A DNA stretch of 64,000 nucleotides, from assembly GCA_965204575.1 (NCBI GenBank), contig OZ241993.1, forward strand, positions 896,001-960,000, given 5' to 3'. Under the pieces are notes generated by a model that was given only the letters and a program-made list of their open reading frames with translations, searched no databases and was not told the DNA's origin. How positions within the stretch are numbered: position 1 is the first letter of the stretch; each line of letters opens with the position of its first letter. Position numbers and translations under genes: made by a program. This stretch comes from an uncultured candidatus Porisulfidus sp. (GTDB taxonomy: Bacteria > Pseudomonadota > Gammaproteobacteria > Poriferisulfidales > Poriferisulfidaceae). Shown one piece after another: positions 42,796-52,300 of this stretch.

Positions 42796-43473
42796 TCATG
42801 TGGTTGCGTGTGGATCGAACCGGGCTTGGGCATCGGTTAGGCGTTCGACGGTCCCGACATCCACCCACCGTCCACGAAAATGCTCGCCGCTCACTTGCCC
42901 GCCGCGGATGGCGGCCTGCAGCAGGGGCGCCAGCGGGAAACGTCCGGATTCGCACGCATCGAACAGGCGAGGGCGATAGAAGCCGATCCCGGCGAACGTC
43001 AGGCGAGTTCCGGGTTGTTCCCGGACGCGGCCATCCTCGTAGTGGAAATCTCCTTCAGGGTGGTGTGCCGGGTTGTCGACCATAACCAGGTGCACATCGT
43101 CGCCGTTGGCCAACGGCGGGGCGGAGAATCGGTAGTTGGTGCAGACGTCCGCATTGACGACCCAGAACGGGTTCGGCCCCAGCAGCGGGAGTGCCTGATG
43201 GATGCCGCCGCCGGTCTCCAGCGGGGGAGAGGGTTCGGGGGAGTAGAGGATGCGGACGCCGAATTCCTCCCCGTCTCCCAAGGCGTCGCGAATCTGTTCC
43301 CCCAGGTGCGACAGGTTGATGACCACGTCTTCGATCCCGACCTCCCGCAGGGCTCGAAGGTGGCGCACGATCAGGGGTTCGCCGGCGACTTCCAAAAGCG
43401 CTTTCGGCGTAGTGTCGGTCAAAGGTCGCAGGCGCTCCCCGCGCCCGGCCGACAAAATCATGGCCGCGGGCAT
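42796..43473 (-). CDS. murU: N-acetylmuramate alpha-1-phosphate uridylyltransferase
   Basis: MILSAGRGERLRPLTDTTPKALL, LETGGGI, WVDVGTVERL. Paired with amgK. Confidence 0.92.
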   Translation of the reverse strand: MPAAMILSAGRGERLRPLTDTTPKALLEVAGEPLIVRHLRALREVGIEDVVINLSHLGEQIRDALGDGEEFGVRILYSPEPSPPLETGGGIHQALPLLGPNPFWVVNADVCTNYRFSAPPLANGDDVHLVMVDNPAHHPEGDFHYEDGRVREQPGTRLTFAGIGFYRPRLFDACESGRFPLAPLLQAAIRGGQVSGEHFRGRWVDVGTVERLTDAQARFDPHATT

Positions 43474-43474
43474 G

Positions 43475-44449
43475 TCAGGGCTCCGGCAGCCGTGCCACCA
43501 GTTCCGCCAAGGGTTGCAGGGGCGGGTAGTTCGAGCAGACGTCCTGAACGTAGCCCAGGACGCGGGGCACGTCCAGCATGAAATAAGGCTTGCCGTCCCG
43601 GTGGCACAGCCGGGCGAAGATGCCGACTGCTTTCAGGTGGCGTTGCACCCCCATCCAGTCGAACCATTCCAGGAAGAGCCCGGAATCTACATTTTCATCG
43701 AGGATGCCTTGCTGCCGGGCACGCTGCCGGTACTGTTCCACCCAGCCCCGGACCCGCTCGTCGGGCCAGGCGATGTAGCAGTCCCGAAGCAGGGAGACCA
43801 GGTCGTAGGTGACGGGCCCCCACATCGCGTCCTGGTGGTCGATGATGCCGGGGTTGGGTTCGGTCACCATCAGGTTCCGCGAGTGGTAGTCGCGGTGGAC
43901 CACCACGCACGGTTGCTCCAGGGCGCGGTCGACCAGCAACTGCCAGGCCGTCTCGATCATGAGCCGGTCCTCAGGGCTTAATTCCCAGCTGAGGTGACGG
44001 CCGAGATACCAATCGGTGAACCGGTCGAGTTCCAGGCGCAGCTGTTTCGCGTCGTATGGCGGCAGCGGGCCGCGCGGCAGCGCCTGGATGCGCAATAAGG
44101 CATCAAGGGCATCGCCGTACAGTGCGTCCGCCGATTCCTCGTTCAGGTGCGGCAGGTACTGTTCGTCCCCGAGGTCCTCGATCAGCAGGAAGCCGTCCGC
44201 GTGGTTTTCCGCCTGGATCTCCGGGGCATGCACGCCTGCTTTCCGCAGGTGCGCGTTGGCGGTAAGGAAAGGCTCCAGCGGTTCGTGTTCCGGCGGGGCG
44301 TCCATTGCAATCCGGGTGGGATTCACGCCGTGCACGCGGAAATAGCGGCGAAAGCTGGCATCGCCCGCCACTTGGCGGAGTTCCAGTTCCGCATCCTGCA
44401 GGGTATGGCGCACCCAGTCCCGCAGCTGTTCCTGTCTTGAATCCGTCAC
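43475..44449 (-). CDS. amgK: Anomeric MurNAc/GlcNAc kinase
   Basis: GDASFRRYFR, HRDYHSRNLM, IDHQDA, QRHLKAVGIFARL. Confidence 0.92.
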   Translation of the reverse strand: MTDSRQEQLRDWVRHTLQDAELELRQVAGDASFRRYFRVHGVNPTRIAMDAPPEHEPLEPFLTANAHLRKAGVHAPEIQAENHADGFLLIEDLGDEQYLPHLNEESADALYGDALDALLRIQALPRGPLPPYDAKQLRLELDRFTDWYLGRHLSWELSPEDRLMIETAWQLLVDRALEQPCVVVHRDYHSRNLMVTEPNPGIIDHQDAMWGPVTYDLVSLLRDCYIAWPDERVRGWVEQYRQRARQQGILDENVDSGLFLEWFDWMGVQRHLKAVGIFARLCHRDGKPYFMLDVPRVLGYVQDVCSNYPPLQPLAELVARLPEP

Positions 44450-44471
44450 GATTTCCCGAAGCCGACAATCC

Positions 44472-44903
44472 TCAATATTGCGCCGCTGCGTAATCGGCCA
44501 GCGTCACAACCAGCCTGCCGTGTTCGGTCGGCTCCAGCCTGTCGGCAAACCTGCCGTCCTCCGTCACTACGGTCGCCCCTATGCGTTGAGCCAGTGCGAG
44601 GTACATGCAGTCGTAGGCGGGATGCTCCAACGCCAGCGCGAGGCGAAGCGCGTCCGCGCAAATCGTCTCATCGGCGCTCCAGAGAACGGGCATTTCCGGC
44701 ATTGCGAGCAACAGGGCGCCTGCTTCGTTCCGCGTGATTTCGCCGCGGCGGGTCTTGTTCCACAACGCATTGGCAACTTCTGATGCCATCAACCGCGGAG
44801 CATGGATCTCGTCATTGCCCTCCAGAAGCTTCCGCGCCATGTCCGAGCGGTCCTCGTCGACCAGCCATTTGGTCGCCACACTGGCGTCGACGACTAAACG
44901 CAT
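44472..44903 (-). CDS. VapC/PIN-domain toxin
   Basis: LVVDASVATKW, EVANAL, YDCMYLALA, VTED. Confidence 0.92.
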   Translation of the reverse strand: MRLVVDASVATKWLVDEDRSDMARKLLEGNDEIHAPRLMASEVANALWNKTRRGEITRNEAGALLLAMPEMPVLWSADETICADALRLALALEHPAYDCMYLALAQRIGATVVTEDGRFADRLEPTEHGRLVVTLADYAAAQY

Positions 44904-45160
44904 CAGGAATCACGGTGGCCGTGGTCGCGGTCTTCGCGAATGATCTCCTCTGCCGGCGTATGCGTACGCCCCCGGGTCATCTGCCGCAGCCGGTCCGACA
45001 GCGCAAGGAACGAGGCGCGTTTCACCACCATGTCGTCTTCAATGGCGTTTTCGAGAATGTGGCGGGCTTCGCCCTCTAGGGAGCGATGGTTCAGGGAGGC
45101 CCGCCGCTTGAGGCGCTCGACCACGCCCTCTTCGAGCCTCCGTACGTTAATCGTGGGCAT
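44903..45160 (-). CDS. FitA-like RHH antitoxin
   Basis: MPTINVRRL...LKRRASLNHRSLEGEARHIL. Confidence 0.9.
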   Translation of the reverse strand: MPTINVRRLEEGVVERLKRRASLNHRSLEGEARHILENAIEDDMVVKRASFLALSDRLRQMTRGRTHTPAEEIIREDRDHGHRDS

Positions 45161-45176
45161 TGTTCCGCTCCTTCAT

Positions 45177-45193
45177 CTATCAAAATGATAGCA
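45177..45193. promoter_or_regulatory. FitA-type operator candidate
   Basis: CTATCA-aaa-TGATAG(CA) inverted repeat upstream of the antitoxin. TGCTATCA/TGATAGCA half-sites are known for FitAB. Confidence 0.6.
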
Positions 45194-45269
45194 CATGGGG
45201 GAGAAACCAGGCAACGGAAATCGCCCAAGAGAAGCACTGTCATACTGGGATAGGCCGGTTATGTATCGG

Positions 45270-45500
45270 TCATCTCAAGATTGGAGATCTATTTGTCGCA
45301 CTCGCACCGGTAGGGGTACGTCTGGACCGTCAGATCAACCCCTTGCTTTATACCGCAGAAGAATATGACTCTCGCCGGTCGGCCAAAACCTGTTTTTGTC
45401 TCGTGTGTTTGCCGGTGAATACTTGGTTCTTATTGGAGACGAAAATGACGCACCCGAAACTCGATAACCTGGTTCACATCGGGCAACTCAAGGCAAGTTG
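45270..45500 (+). pseudogene. Degenerate copy of the MNT-HEPN gene junction
   Basis: LFVALAPVGVRLDRQINPLLYTAEEY parallels LYATLAPVEARLDRKISPALYTVQEF (46350 region). MTHPKLDNLVHIGQLK parallels MAHPQLDNLVKIGRLK (46504). Confidence 0.8.
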
Positions 45501-45559
45501 GCTACGGCTGCCGAAAGAGTCGGGTCTTACTGGAGGATGCTTTCTTCTGTGGACAATCG

Positions 45560-45874
45560 CTACCCGGTGAGTTGCGGCTGATATCGTTCGACGCGAATTC
45601 GGTCTTCGTCCTTGCGAGCTTGGGCAAGGTTCCAAGCCGTTTGTCGGCGTAGCCAGAACTCGGCACTGGACCAGCCCGCCTTCTCCAGGCGAATAGCCAT
45701 TTCTGGAGAAATCGCCGCGTGCCCGTTGAGGACTCGCGAGAGAGTGTGACGGGCGACGCCCAGAGTCCGTGCCGCTCCGGTCACGCTCAAGCCGAGCGGT
45801 TCCAGGCAGTTCTCCCGGATGCTGCGTCCTGGATGTGGCGGATTGTTCATTGCCATGCCGTTGCGAAGCTCCAC
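45560..45874 (-). CDS. HigA-family antitoxin (no HigB upstream)
   Basis: [50 protein letters not shown]. Confidence 0.9.
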   Translation of the reverse strand: MELRNGMAMNNPPHPGRSIRENCLEPLGLSVTGAARTLGVARHTLSRVLNGHAAISPEMAIRLEKAGWSSAEFWLRRQTAWNLAQARKDEDRIRVERYQPQLTG

Positions 45875-45914
45875 GTGATCTTATTATTATATGTTACCTA
45901 AATAAGGCACTATA

Positions 45915-46523
45915 ATGCCCATTATGGGTATATCCACTAGTCTCGCTGGCGCACTGTTCACCAAGACCCAGCAGAAAGTTCTGGCCCTGCTTTTTGGCCA
46001 GCCGGACCGTAGCTTTTATACCAAGGAACTGATCGGACTGACTGGCTCCGGCTCTGGGGCAGTGCAGCGCGAATTGAAACGCTTGACCTCCAGTGGCTTG
46101 GTTAGGATGACCCCGGTCGGGGCGCAGAAGCATTATCAGGCCAACCCCGATTGCCCCGTGTATCACGAACTCGTCAGCGTCATGCGAAAGACGGTTGCGG
46201 TGGCAGAACCGATCCGGCAGGCACTAAACCCAGTCGCTGACCGCATCAGGCTGGCCATGGTCTACGGCTCTGTCGCACAGGGCACGGATACGGCGGAAAG
46301 CGACATTGACCTGCTTGTCATTGCTGACGACCTGATGCTAGAGGAACTCTATGCCACGCTTGCGCCGGTAGAGGCACGCTTGGACCGCAAGATCAGTCCT
46401 GCACTCTATACGGTACAGGAGTTCACTGCCCGCCGATCGTCCGGGAACCCATTCCTGTCCCGTGTGTTCGCTGGCGAATGCCTGGTCCTTATCGGCGAAG
46501 AAGATGGCGCACCCGCAACTTGA
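45915..46523 (+). CDS. HTH-fused minimal nucleotidyltransferase (MNT antitoxin-like)
   Basis: N-terminal wHTH (GSGAVQRELKRL) and YGSVAQG.D..SDIDLLVI. Inverted repeat ATGCCCAT-T-ATGGGTAT overlaps the start. Confidence 0.85.
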   Translation: MPIMGISTSLAGALFTKTQQKVLALLFGQPDRSFYTKELIGLTGSGSGAVQRELKRLTSSGLVRMTPVGAQKHYQANPDCPVYHELVSVMRKTVAVAEPIRQALNPVADRIRLAMVYGSVAQGTDTAESDIDLLVIADDLMLEELYATLAPVEARLDRKISPALYTVQEFTARRSSGNPFLSRVFAGECLVLIGEEDGAPAT

Positions 46524-46926
46524 CAACTTGGTGAAAATCGGCCGCCTCAAGGTCGAGTCGGCCACTACGGAGGAAATCGAGGGCCTGCTGCGATCAGGTC
46601 AGCGCCGCCTTGACGACGCTCAGCGACGGGAGCTCAGCTTGGAAAGCCGCTTCGACCTTGGTTACAACGCAGCTCACGCGATTGCGCTTTCGGCCTTGCG
46701 AGCCCACGGCTACCGCTCCGATTCGCGCTATCTGGTTTTTCAGTGTCTGCAACATACGGTTGACCTGCCTGCGGAACAGTGGCGGGTGCTGGATCATGCT
46801 CACCGCAAGCGGAACTTGACTGAATACGAAGGTGCAACGGATGTGGACGAACAACTCCTCAACGCATTGCTAAGGGTGGCGCAAAAAGTCGCTGCGCGCG
46901 TGAGTCGCTTGTTGGTGCAACGGTGA
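46504..46926 (+). CDS. HEPN-like protein paired with MNT
   Basis: RFDLGYNAAH and KRNLTEY (R-x4-Y variant of the HEPN motif). Overlaps the MNT gene. Confidence 0.75.
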   Translation: MAHPQLDNLVKIGRLKVESATTEEIEGLLRSGQRRLDDAQRRELSLESRFDLGYNAAHAIALSALRAHGYRSDSRYLVFQCLQHTVDLPAEQWRVLDHAHRKRNLTEYEGATDVDEQLLNALLRVAQKVAARVSRLLVQR

Positions 46927-47037
46927 AGAAAGAATGGGCTCTGGAAGTTTGGATGGAGTATAGTGGCGCTTTCCAAGTGATGGCCTTTCCGGTTTTCGCG
47001 ACAACCCGGTAAAGACTGCCTGATCTCGTCTGGAACG

Positions 47038-49950
47038 ATGCCGAAAGCGATCACCACCGAGCCTGCCTTCAACCTTGAACTCAGTCGGGTTTTGCGCCAA
47101 AAGCATCCCCGCTGGAAAAATGCGATTGGAGCAGAACAGGTGAGGGTTTTGCGGGGTCAGCCTCAGAAACAGCCGGACATCGTCCTTTCCCCCGCAGGCA
47201 GTTCCCCGGTGGTGCTCGAAACCGAGTTTCTACCTGCCGCTACCGTGGAAAGCGACGCTGTAGCTCGCTTGGGTGGCATCTTGGCAAGTGATGATCGGAA
47301 GATTGAGCAAGCCATTGCCCTGCGGATTCCGAAGGACTTGCGCACTGTTCCGCAGGCGGAACTGACTGAAGCTATTGAAAATGCACAGTTTACTTACTGC
47401 ATTCTTTGTGTTGGGGAAGCCGATGCTGTCGAGCGTCTGCCGAAAAGAGACTGGCTGTGTGGCGGCATTGACGATGTAGCAGCTTGCGCCGACTTGGCTT
47501 CCCTGTCCGAGGCGTTAGTGCTGAAAAGTACGGATGCATTAGAACTCGGAGTGGCCCAAGCGGCCAATTTGCTGGAGTCTCTCCCGGGTTGCCCGGACAG
47601 AAAACTGGGACGTAAACTCTGCCAGGAACCGGGTGAACAGACGAACCGAATGGCGGTTGCCATCATCGCCAATGCGTTGGTGTTCCACCTATGCGTTGAA
47701 GGACGACAGGGCATTCCCCGGTTGAGCGAACTCGAGTCGGCTCAGGGGCGGTTGACCAAGCTTAAAGTTCGACAATGCTGGATGCGGATCCTCTATGAGA
47801 TCAATTACTGGCCAATTTTCAGCATCGCCACAGAACTTCTGGAATGTATGCCATCCAACACGGCCAACGCGGTGCTTAACTGTCTTTACAAAACAGCAGA
47901 TGAGTTACTCGAACTTGGGGCGGTCAGGTTGAACGACCTGTCGGGTCGGATGTTCCAGAAGTTGATCACTGACCGCAAGTTTCTCGCGACTTTCTACACC
48001 CTGCCCGTTTCCGCGACCATGCTCGCGGAACTGGTTGCATCCCGATTGCAGGTTGATTGGCGAAGTAGGGAATCCGTAACAAATCTAAAAATCGCCGATT
48101 TGGCTTGTGGTACCGGAACGCTTGTGGGAGCCCTATACCAGTCGGTCTTGGCCCGATGCCGTCGTGCCGGACAGGACGATGCTGAAATTCACTCGATCAT
48201 GATTGAGGATGCGTTATACGCTTTCGACATCATGCCGGCCGCGACGCATCTCGCGGCCTCAACCTTGTCCGGAGCCCATCCCGGTATCACTTTCGGAGAG
48301 ACGAAGGTTGTGACCATGCCATACGGACATGGCGAAGACCATCCGTTGAGTTTGGGCTCGCTAGATTTAATCATGAACGAGAGCGTCCTTTCCTTATTCA
48401 GTTTGAGCCGGGAACAGTTGGTGGGTGGGAAAGGAATCAAGGCAGACACCGAAATCAGCGTGCCTCAGAAATCGCTGGACATCATCATCATGAATCCGCC
48501 GTTCACCCGCCCTTGTGGGCAGGAAGCGGCCAAGGTCGGTATCCCAGTGCCTTCTTTCGCAGGCTTTGGCACTTCGGAAGAAGAGCAAAAGGCCATGTCG
48601 GAGAAGCTACGGGAAATAGGCAAGAAATTGAAAAAATCCCGGATAAAAATCGACCCGATAAGAGGGGTGCTTGCGGGACATGGGAATGCGGGCTTGGCAT
48701 CAAACTTTATTGACCTTGCGCACGAAAAACTGCGGGAAGGAGGAATTCTGGCGCTGGTGCTGCCTTTCACGTTCGTCCAAGGGGATGCTTGGCATGGCGC
48801 CCGCTCCCTGCTCAAGGCCTACTACAAGAACATCGTGATTGTTTCCATTGCAACAACGGGTGAAACCGAAAGGGCGTTTTCTGCAGATACGGGCATGGCC
48901 GAAGTCTTAGTGGTCGCTGAGCGAAAAGAGGCCAGCGACGTGGCACAGCCGGCAGGTTCGGTGGAATATGCCAACCTGACACGCCGTCCCGACTCCTTGC
49001 TCGAAGCTTCTCTTTTGGCGAAGCATATCCATGGCTCGACACCCGACGAGGAAATCAGCCGCATCGATGCATCCATATCCAGCGGAGGGTGCGCGGGAGT
49101 ACGGTCCGTCTCAAGCCTAGGAACAACTATGCTCGGTTTGTTCAAGACGGGTTCTATCAAATTCCCAAGAAGGAAAGGCGGGATTGCTTTGCCGGTGACC
49201 CCGCTGGGAGACCTCGGAGAGCGAGGAGCCCATGTTCTGGACATTACAGGAAATCCGCCAAGCCCCGGGAAACCGCCTAGGGGGCCATTCGACAAGGCCC
49301 CCCTTCCAAGAGATGGTTTTCCCACCTATCCCGCGCTCTGGAACCACGATGCGAAAAAGGAAACGTGCTTGATGGTTGAGCCGGATGGCCAAGGCAATGT
49401 CCGGGAAGGGTGTGCAGACCGAGCCGATGATTTCTGGAACCAGTTTTCTTCGAAGTTGCATGTCAACGTTGATTTCCGACTGAACTCACAGTCGCTTGCG
49501 GCCTGCCTGACACCAAAGAAAACAATAGGAGGGCGCGCTTGGCCGAATTTTCGGCTTCACGAAACAGCTTGGGAGATTCCGGTGGTACTTTGGGCCAACA
49601 CGACTATTGGGCTAATGGCTTTCTGGTGGATCGGGTCTCGCCAGCAACAAGGCAGGTCCATTCTTCCCGTGTCTCAGCATGAACGGTTTCCAGTGCTGGA
49701 CCCACGTCGTTTGGAATCAGACCAAGTCAAGCGAGTGGGGAGAATCTTCCGGGATTTTCTGACGAAAGACTTCCTTCCCGCGAATGAGGCTTACCGGGAT
49801 GATGTGCGAAAAGCGTTGGACCGAGCAATGTTGGTCGATTTGATTGGAGTTTCGGAGAATGTGCTGGAGTCGCTTGATTTGCTGCGAGACCAATGGTGCG
49901 CCGAGCCAAGCGTTCATGGAGGGAAAAGTACCCGACCAGATTCACTGTGA
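47038..49950 (+). CDS. Fused restriction-modification enzyme (Type IIG/IIC-like N6-adenine methyltransferase)
   Basis: N-terminal PD...ETE nuclease-like motif, FYT, motif I ADLACGTGTL, motif IV NPPF, C-terminal specificity-like region. Confidence 0.8.
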   Translation: MPKAITTEPAFNLELSRVLRQKHPRWKNAIGAEQVRVLRGQPQKQPDIVLSPAGSSPVVLETEFLPAATVESDAVARLGGILASDDRKIEQAIALRIPKDLRTVPQAELTEAIENAQFTYCILCVGEADAVERLPKRDWLCGGIDDVAACADLASLSEALVLKSTDALELGVAQAANLLESLPGCPDRKLGRKLCQEPGEQTNRMAVAIIANALVFHLCVEGRQGIPRLSELESAQGRLTKLKVRQCWMRILYEINYWPIFSIATELLECMPSNTANAVLNCLYKTADELLELGAVRLNDLSGRMFQKLITDRKFLATFYTLPVSATMLAELVASRLQVDWRSRESVTNLKIADLACGTGTLVGALYQSVLARCRRAGQDDAEIHSIMIEDALYAFDIMPAATHLAASTLSGAHPGITFGETKVVTMPYGHGEDHPLSLGSLDLIMNESVLSLFSLSREQLVGGKGIKADTEISVPQKSLDIIIMNPPFTRPCGQEAAKVGIPVPSFAGFGTSEEEQKAMSEKLREIGKKLKKSRIKIDPIRGVLAGHGNAGLASNFIDLAHEKLREGGILALVLPFTFVQGDAWHGARSLLKAYYKNIVIVSIATTGETERAFSADTGMAEVLVVAERKEASDVAQPAGSVEYANLTRRPDSLLEASLLAKHIHGSTPDEEISRIDASISSGGCAGVRSVSSLGTTMLGLFKTGSIKFPRRKGGIALPVTPLGDLGERGAHVLDITGNPPSPGKPPRGPFDKAPLPRDGFPTYPALWNHDAKKETCLMVEPDGQGNVREGCADRADDFWNQFSSKLHVNVDFRLNSQSLAACLTPKKTIGGRAWPNFRLHETAWEIPVVLWANTTIGLMAFWWIGSRQQQGRSILPVSQHERFPVLDPRRLESDQVKRVGRIFRDFLTKDFLPANEAYRDDVRKALDRAMLVDLIGVSENVLESLDLLRDQWCAEPSVHGGKSTRPDSL

Positions 49951-50070
49951 AGCGAGTCCTTCCGGTTCTTGGCTCCATCCGTCCGTGTTTATAGGGTTCT
50001 TTGACATATCAGTTACAATACGCCGCCCAACGATGCCCATGGCGTTGCCGCATTTTTTGAGGAAGTCCGA

Positions 50071-50277
50071 ATGGCCGTCCAGAAAAGCAAAAAGAGCCGC
50101 TCCAAGCGCGACATGCGCCGCTCGCACCATGCCCTGAAAGGGGCCACGGTGTCGGAAGATCCGACCACGGGCACGCGGCACCGCCGCCACCATATCGCCG
50201 CCGACGGCTATTACCGGGGCCGCAAGGTTCTCGAAATCAAGCAGCCGAAAGAGGAGCCGGCCGAAACGGAAGCCTGA
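50071..50277 (+). CDS. rpmF: 50S ribosomal protein L32
   Basis: [19 protein letters not shown]...RRHHI...GYYRG. Confidence 0.97.
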   Translation: MAVQKSKKSRSKRDMRRSHHALKGATVSEDPTTGTRHRRHHIAADGYYRGRKVLEIKQPKEEPAETEA

Positions 50278-50312
50278 CCGGGTTTCGCCTCCGCTGCTGA
50301 GCGGACCATCCC

Positions 50313-51353
50313 ATGACTGAATCCGTCACCATCGCGCTGGATGTGATGGGCGGCGACCACGGTGCGGACAGCGTGCTGCCGGCCGCCGTCTCCCGGCTCA
50401 AGGCCGACCCGTCGCTGCGCCTGATCCTGGTCGGCGACGAATCCCTGATCCACGAACGACTGAAGACGCTGGGTTCGACCCCGGACAGCCGCATGGTCGT
50501 GCACCATGCCTCGGAGCAGATTGAAATGGGCGAACCCCCGCTGCAGGCCCTGCGCGGGAAGCCGGACTCGTCGATGCGGGTCGGCCTCAACCTGCTGCGC
50601 GACGGCGAGGCGCAGGCGTTCGTGAGCGCCGGCAACACCGGCGCCCTGGTGGCGCTGTCGCATTTCGTGGTGCGGATGCTGCCGGGGATCGACCGCCCGG
50701 CCATCCAGTCGACGGTGCCGGCCCTGAACGGCCACACGCACGTGCTGGACTTGGGCGGCAACGTGGACTCCCGTGCCGAACACCTCCTGCAATTCGCCGT
50801 GATGGGTTCCGTGCTGGCCCAGGAACTTGACGACAATCCCCGCCCCCGGGTCGGCCTGCTCAATGTCGGCGAGGAGAACATCAAGGGAAACCGGCAGGTG
50901 CAGGCGGCGGACGCCCTGCTGCGCGAGAGCCGGCTCAACTACATCGGCTACGTCGAGGGCGACGACATCTACTGCGGGGACGTCGACGTGGTGGTGTGCG
51001 ACGGTTTCGTCGGCAACATCTCGCTCAAGACCACCGAGGGCGTGGCCCGGATGCTGATCACGTTCCTCAAGGAGGAATTCAAGCGCAACCTCTATCGCCG
51101 TTCGGCCATGGCCCTGTCCGCCCCGATCCTCAAGGGATTCCGCCGCCTGTTCGACCCCCGCCGCTATAATGGAGCCAGCCTGCTTGGCCTCCGCCACGTG
51201 GTCATCAAGAGCCACGGCAGCGCCGATGCGTTCGCCTTCGAACAGGCCATCATCCGTGCACAGCAGGAGGCGCGCCGAGACCTGCCGATGCGAATAGATC
51301 AGAACATCGATACCCTGCTGGCCGACCGGATCGAAGTCGACGTCGAGTCATGA
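50313..51353 (+). CDS. plsX: Phosphate acyltransferase
   Basis: [38 protein letters not shown]. Confidence 0.97.
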   Translation: MTESVTIALDVMGGDHGADSVLPAAVSRLKADPSLRLILVGDESLIHERLKTLGSTPDSRMVVHHASEQIEMGEPPLQALRGKPDSSMRVGLNLLRDGEAQAFVSAGNTGALVALSHFVVRMLPGIDRPAIQSTVPALNGHTHVLDLGGNVDSRAEHLLQFAVMGSVLAQELDDNPRPRVGLLNVGEENIKGNRQVQAADALLRESRLNYIGYVEGDDIYCGDVDVVVCDGFVGNISLKTTEGVARMLITFLKEEFKRNLYRRSAMALSAPILKGFRRLFDPRRYNGASLLGLRHVVIKSHGSADAFAFEQAIIRAQQEARRDLPMRIDQNIDTLLADRIEVDVES

Positions 51354-52291
51354 TGCACACGGCCATCACCGGGACCGGAGCCTGTCTCCCCGAGCGGGTG
51401 GTGACGAACGAGGAGCTGGAGAAGACGGTCGACACTACGGACCAATGGATCCGGGAACGCACCGGGATCCTCCAGCGCCATATCGCCGGAGACGAGGAGA
51501 CCACGGCCTCGATGGGCGCGCAGGCGGCGCGTGAGGCGCTGGCGGCGGCGGGGCTGGCGGCGGACGACGTCGACATGATCGTGCTGGCGACGACCACCCC
51601 CGACCGCATCTTTCCCAGCACAGCCTGTCATATCCAGAGAGAACTGGGGACCCGGGAGTGCCCGGCATTCGACGTGCAGGCGGTCTGCAGCGGGTTCATC
51701 TACGGGCTGGACATCGCCCGGCGGTTCATCGCGACCGGGGGCGGCGGCACCGTCCTGGTGATCGGTTCCGAAGTGCTGTCCCGCATCGTCGACTGGAGCG
51801 ACCGGAGCACTTGCGTGCTGTTCGGCGACGGAGCGGGCGCCGTGGTGCTCCAGGCGCGCGACGAACCCGGCATCCTGTCGACCCACCTGCATGCGGACGG
51901 GCGCTACGACCACCTGCTGCAGGTGTCGCCGGAGGTGAACGGGGCCTTCATCGAGATGAAGGGCAACGAAGTCTTCCGGATGGCGGTGAACACCTTGGGG
52001 CGGATCGTGGACGAAACCCTCGAGGCCAACCAGATGGATCGGCACGAAGTCGACTGGCTGGTTCCGCACCAGGCCAACCACCGGATCATCGCGGCCACCG
52101 CGCGCAAGCTGGACCTGCCGATGGAACGGGTGGTGGTCACGGTCGACCGGCACGGCAACACCTCGGCCGCCTCGGTGCCGCTGGCGCTGAACCAGGCCGT
52201 GCGCGACGGCCGGATCCAGCCGGGCGACGTGCTCATGCTGGAGGCTTTCGGCGGCGGCTTTACCTGGGGTTCCGCACTGATCCGATACTAG
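51350..52291 (+). CDS. fabH: Beta-ketoacyl-ACP synthase III
   Basis: AVCSGF, FGDGAGA, PHQAN, GNTSAAS. Confidence 0.97.
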   Translation: MMHTAITGTGACLPERVVTNEELEKTVDTTDQWIRERTGILQRHIAGDEETTASMGAQAAREALAAAGLAADDVDMIVLATTTPDRIFPSTACHIQRELGTRECPAFDVQAVCSGFIYGLDIARRFIATGGGGTVLVIGSEVLSRIVDWSDRSTCVLFGDGAGAVVLQARDEPGILSTHLHADGRYDHLLQVSPEVNGAFIEMKGNEVFRMAVNTLGRIVDETLEANQMDRHEVDWLVPHQANHRIIAATARKLDLPMERVVVTVDRHGNTSAASVPLALNQAVRDGRIQPGDVLMLEAFGGGFTWGSALIRY

Positions 52292-52300
52292 GTCCGACCC

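Noticed and set aside
50001-50019. TTGACA and TACAAT upstream of rpmF as a sigma70 promoter pair
   Set aside because: The spacing is only 7 bp, so they cannot belong to the same promoter.
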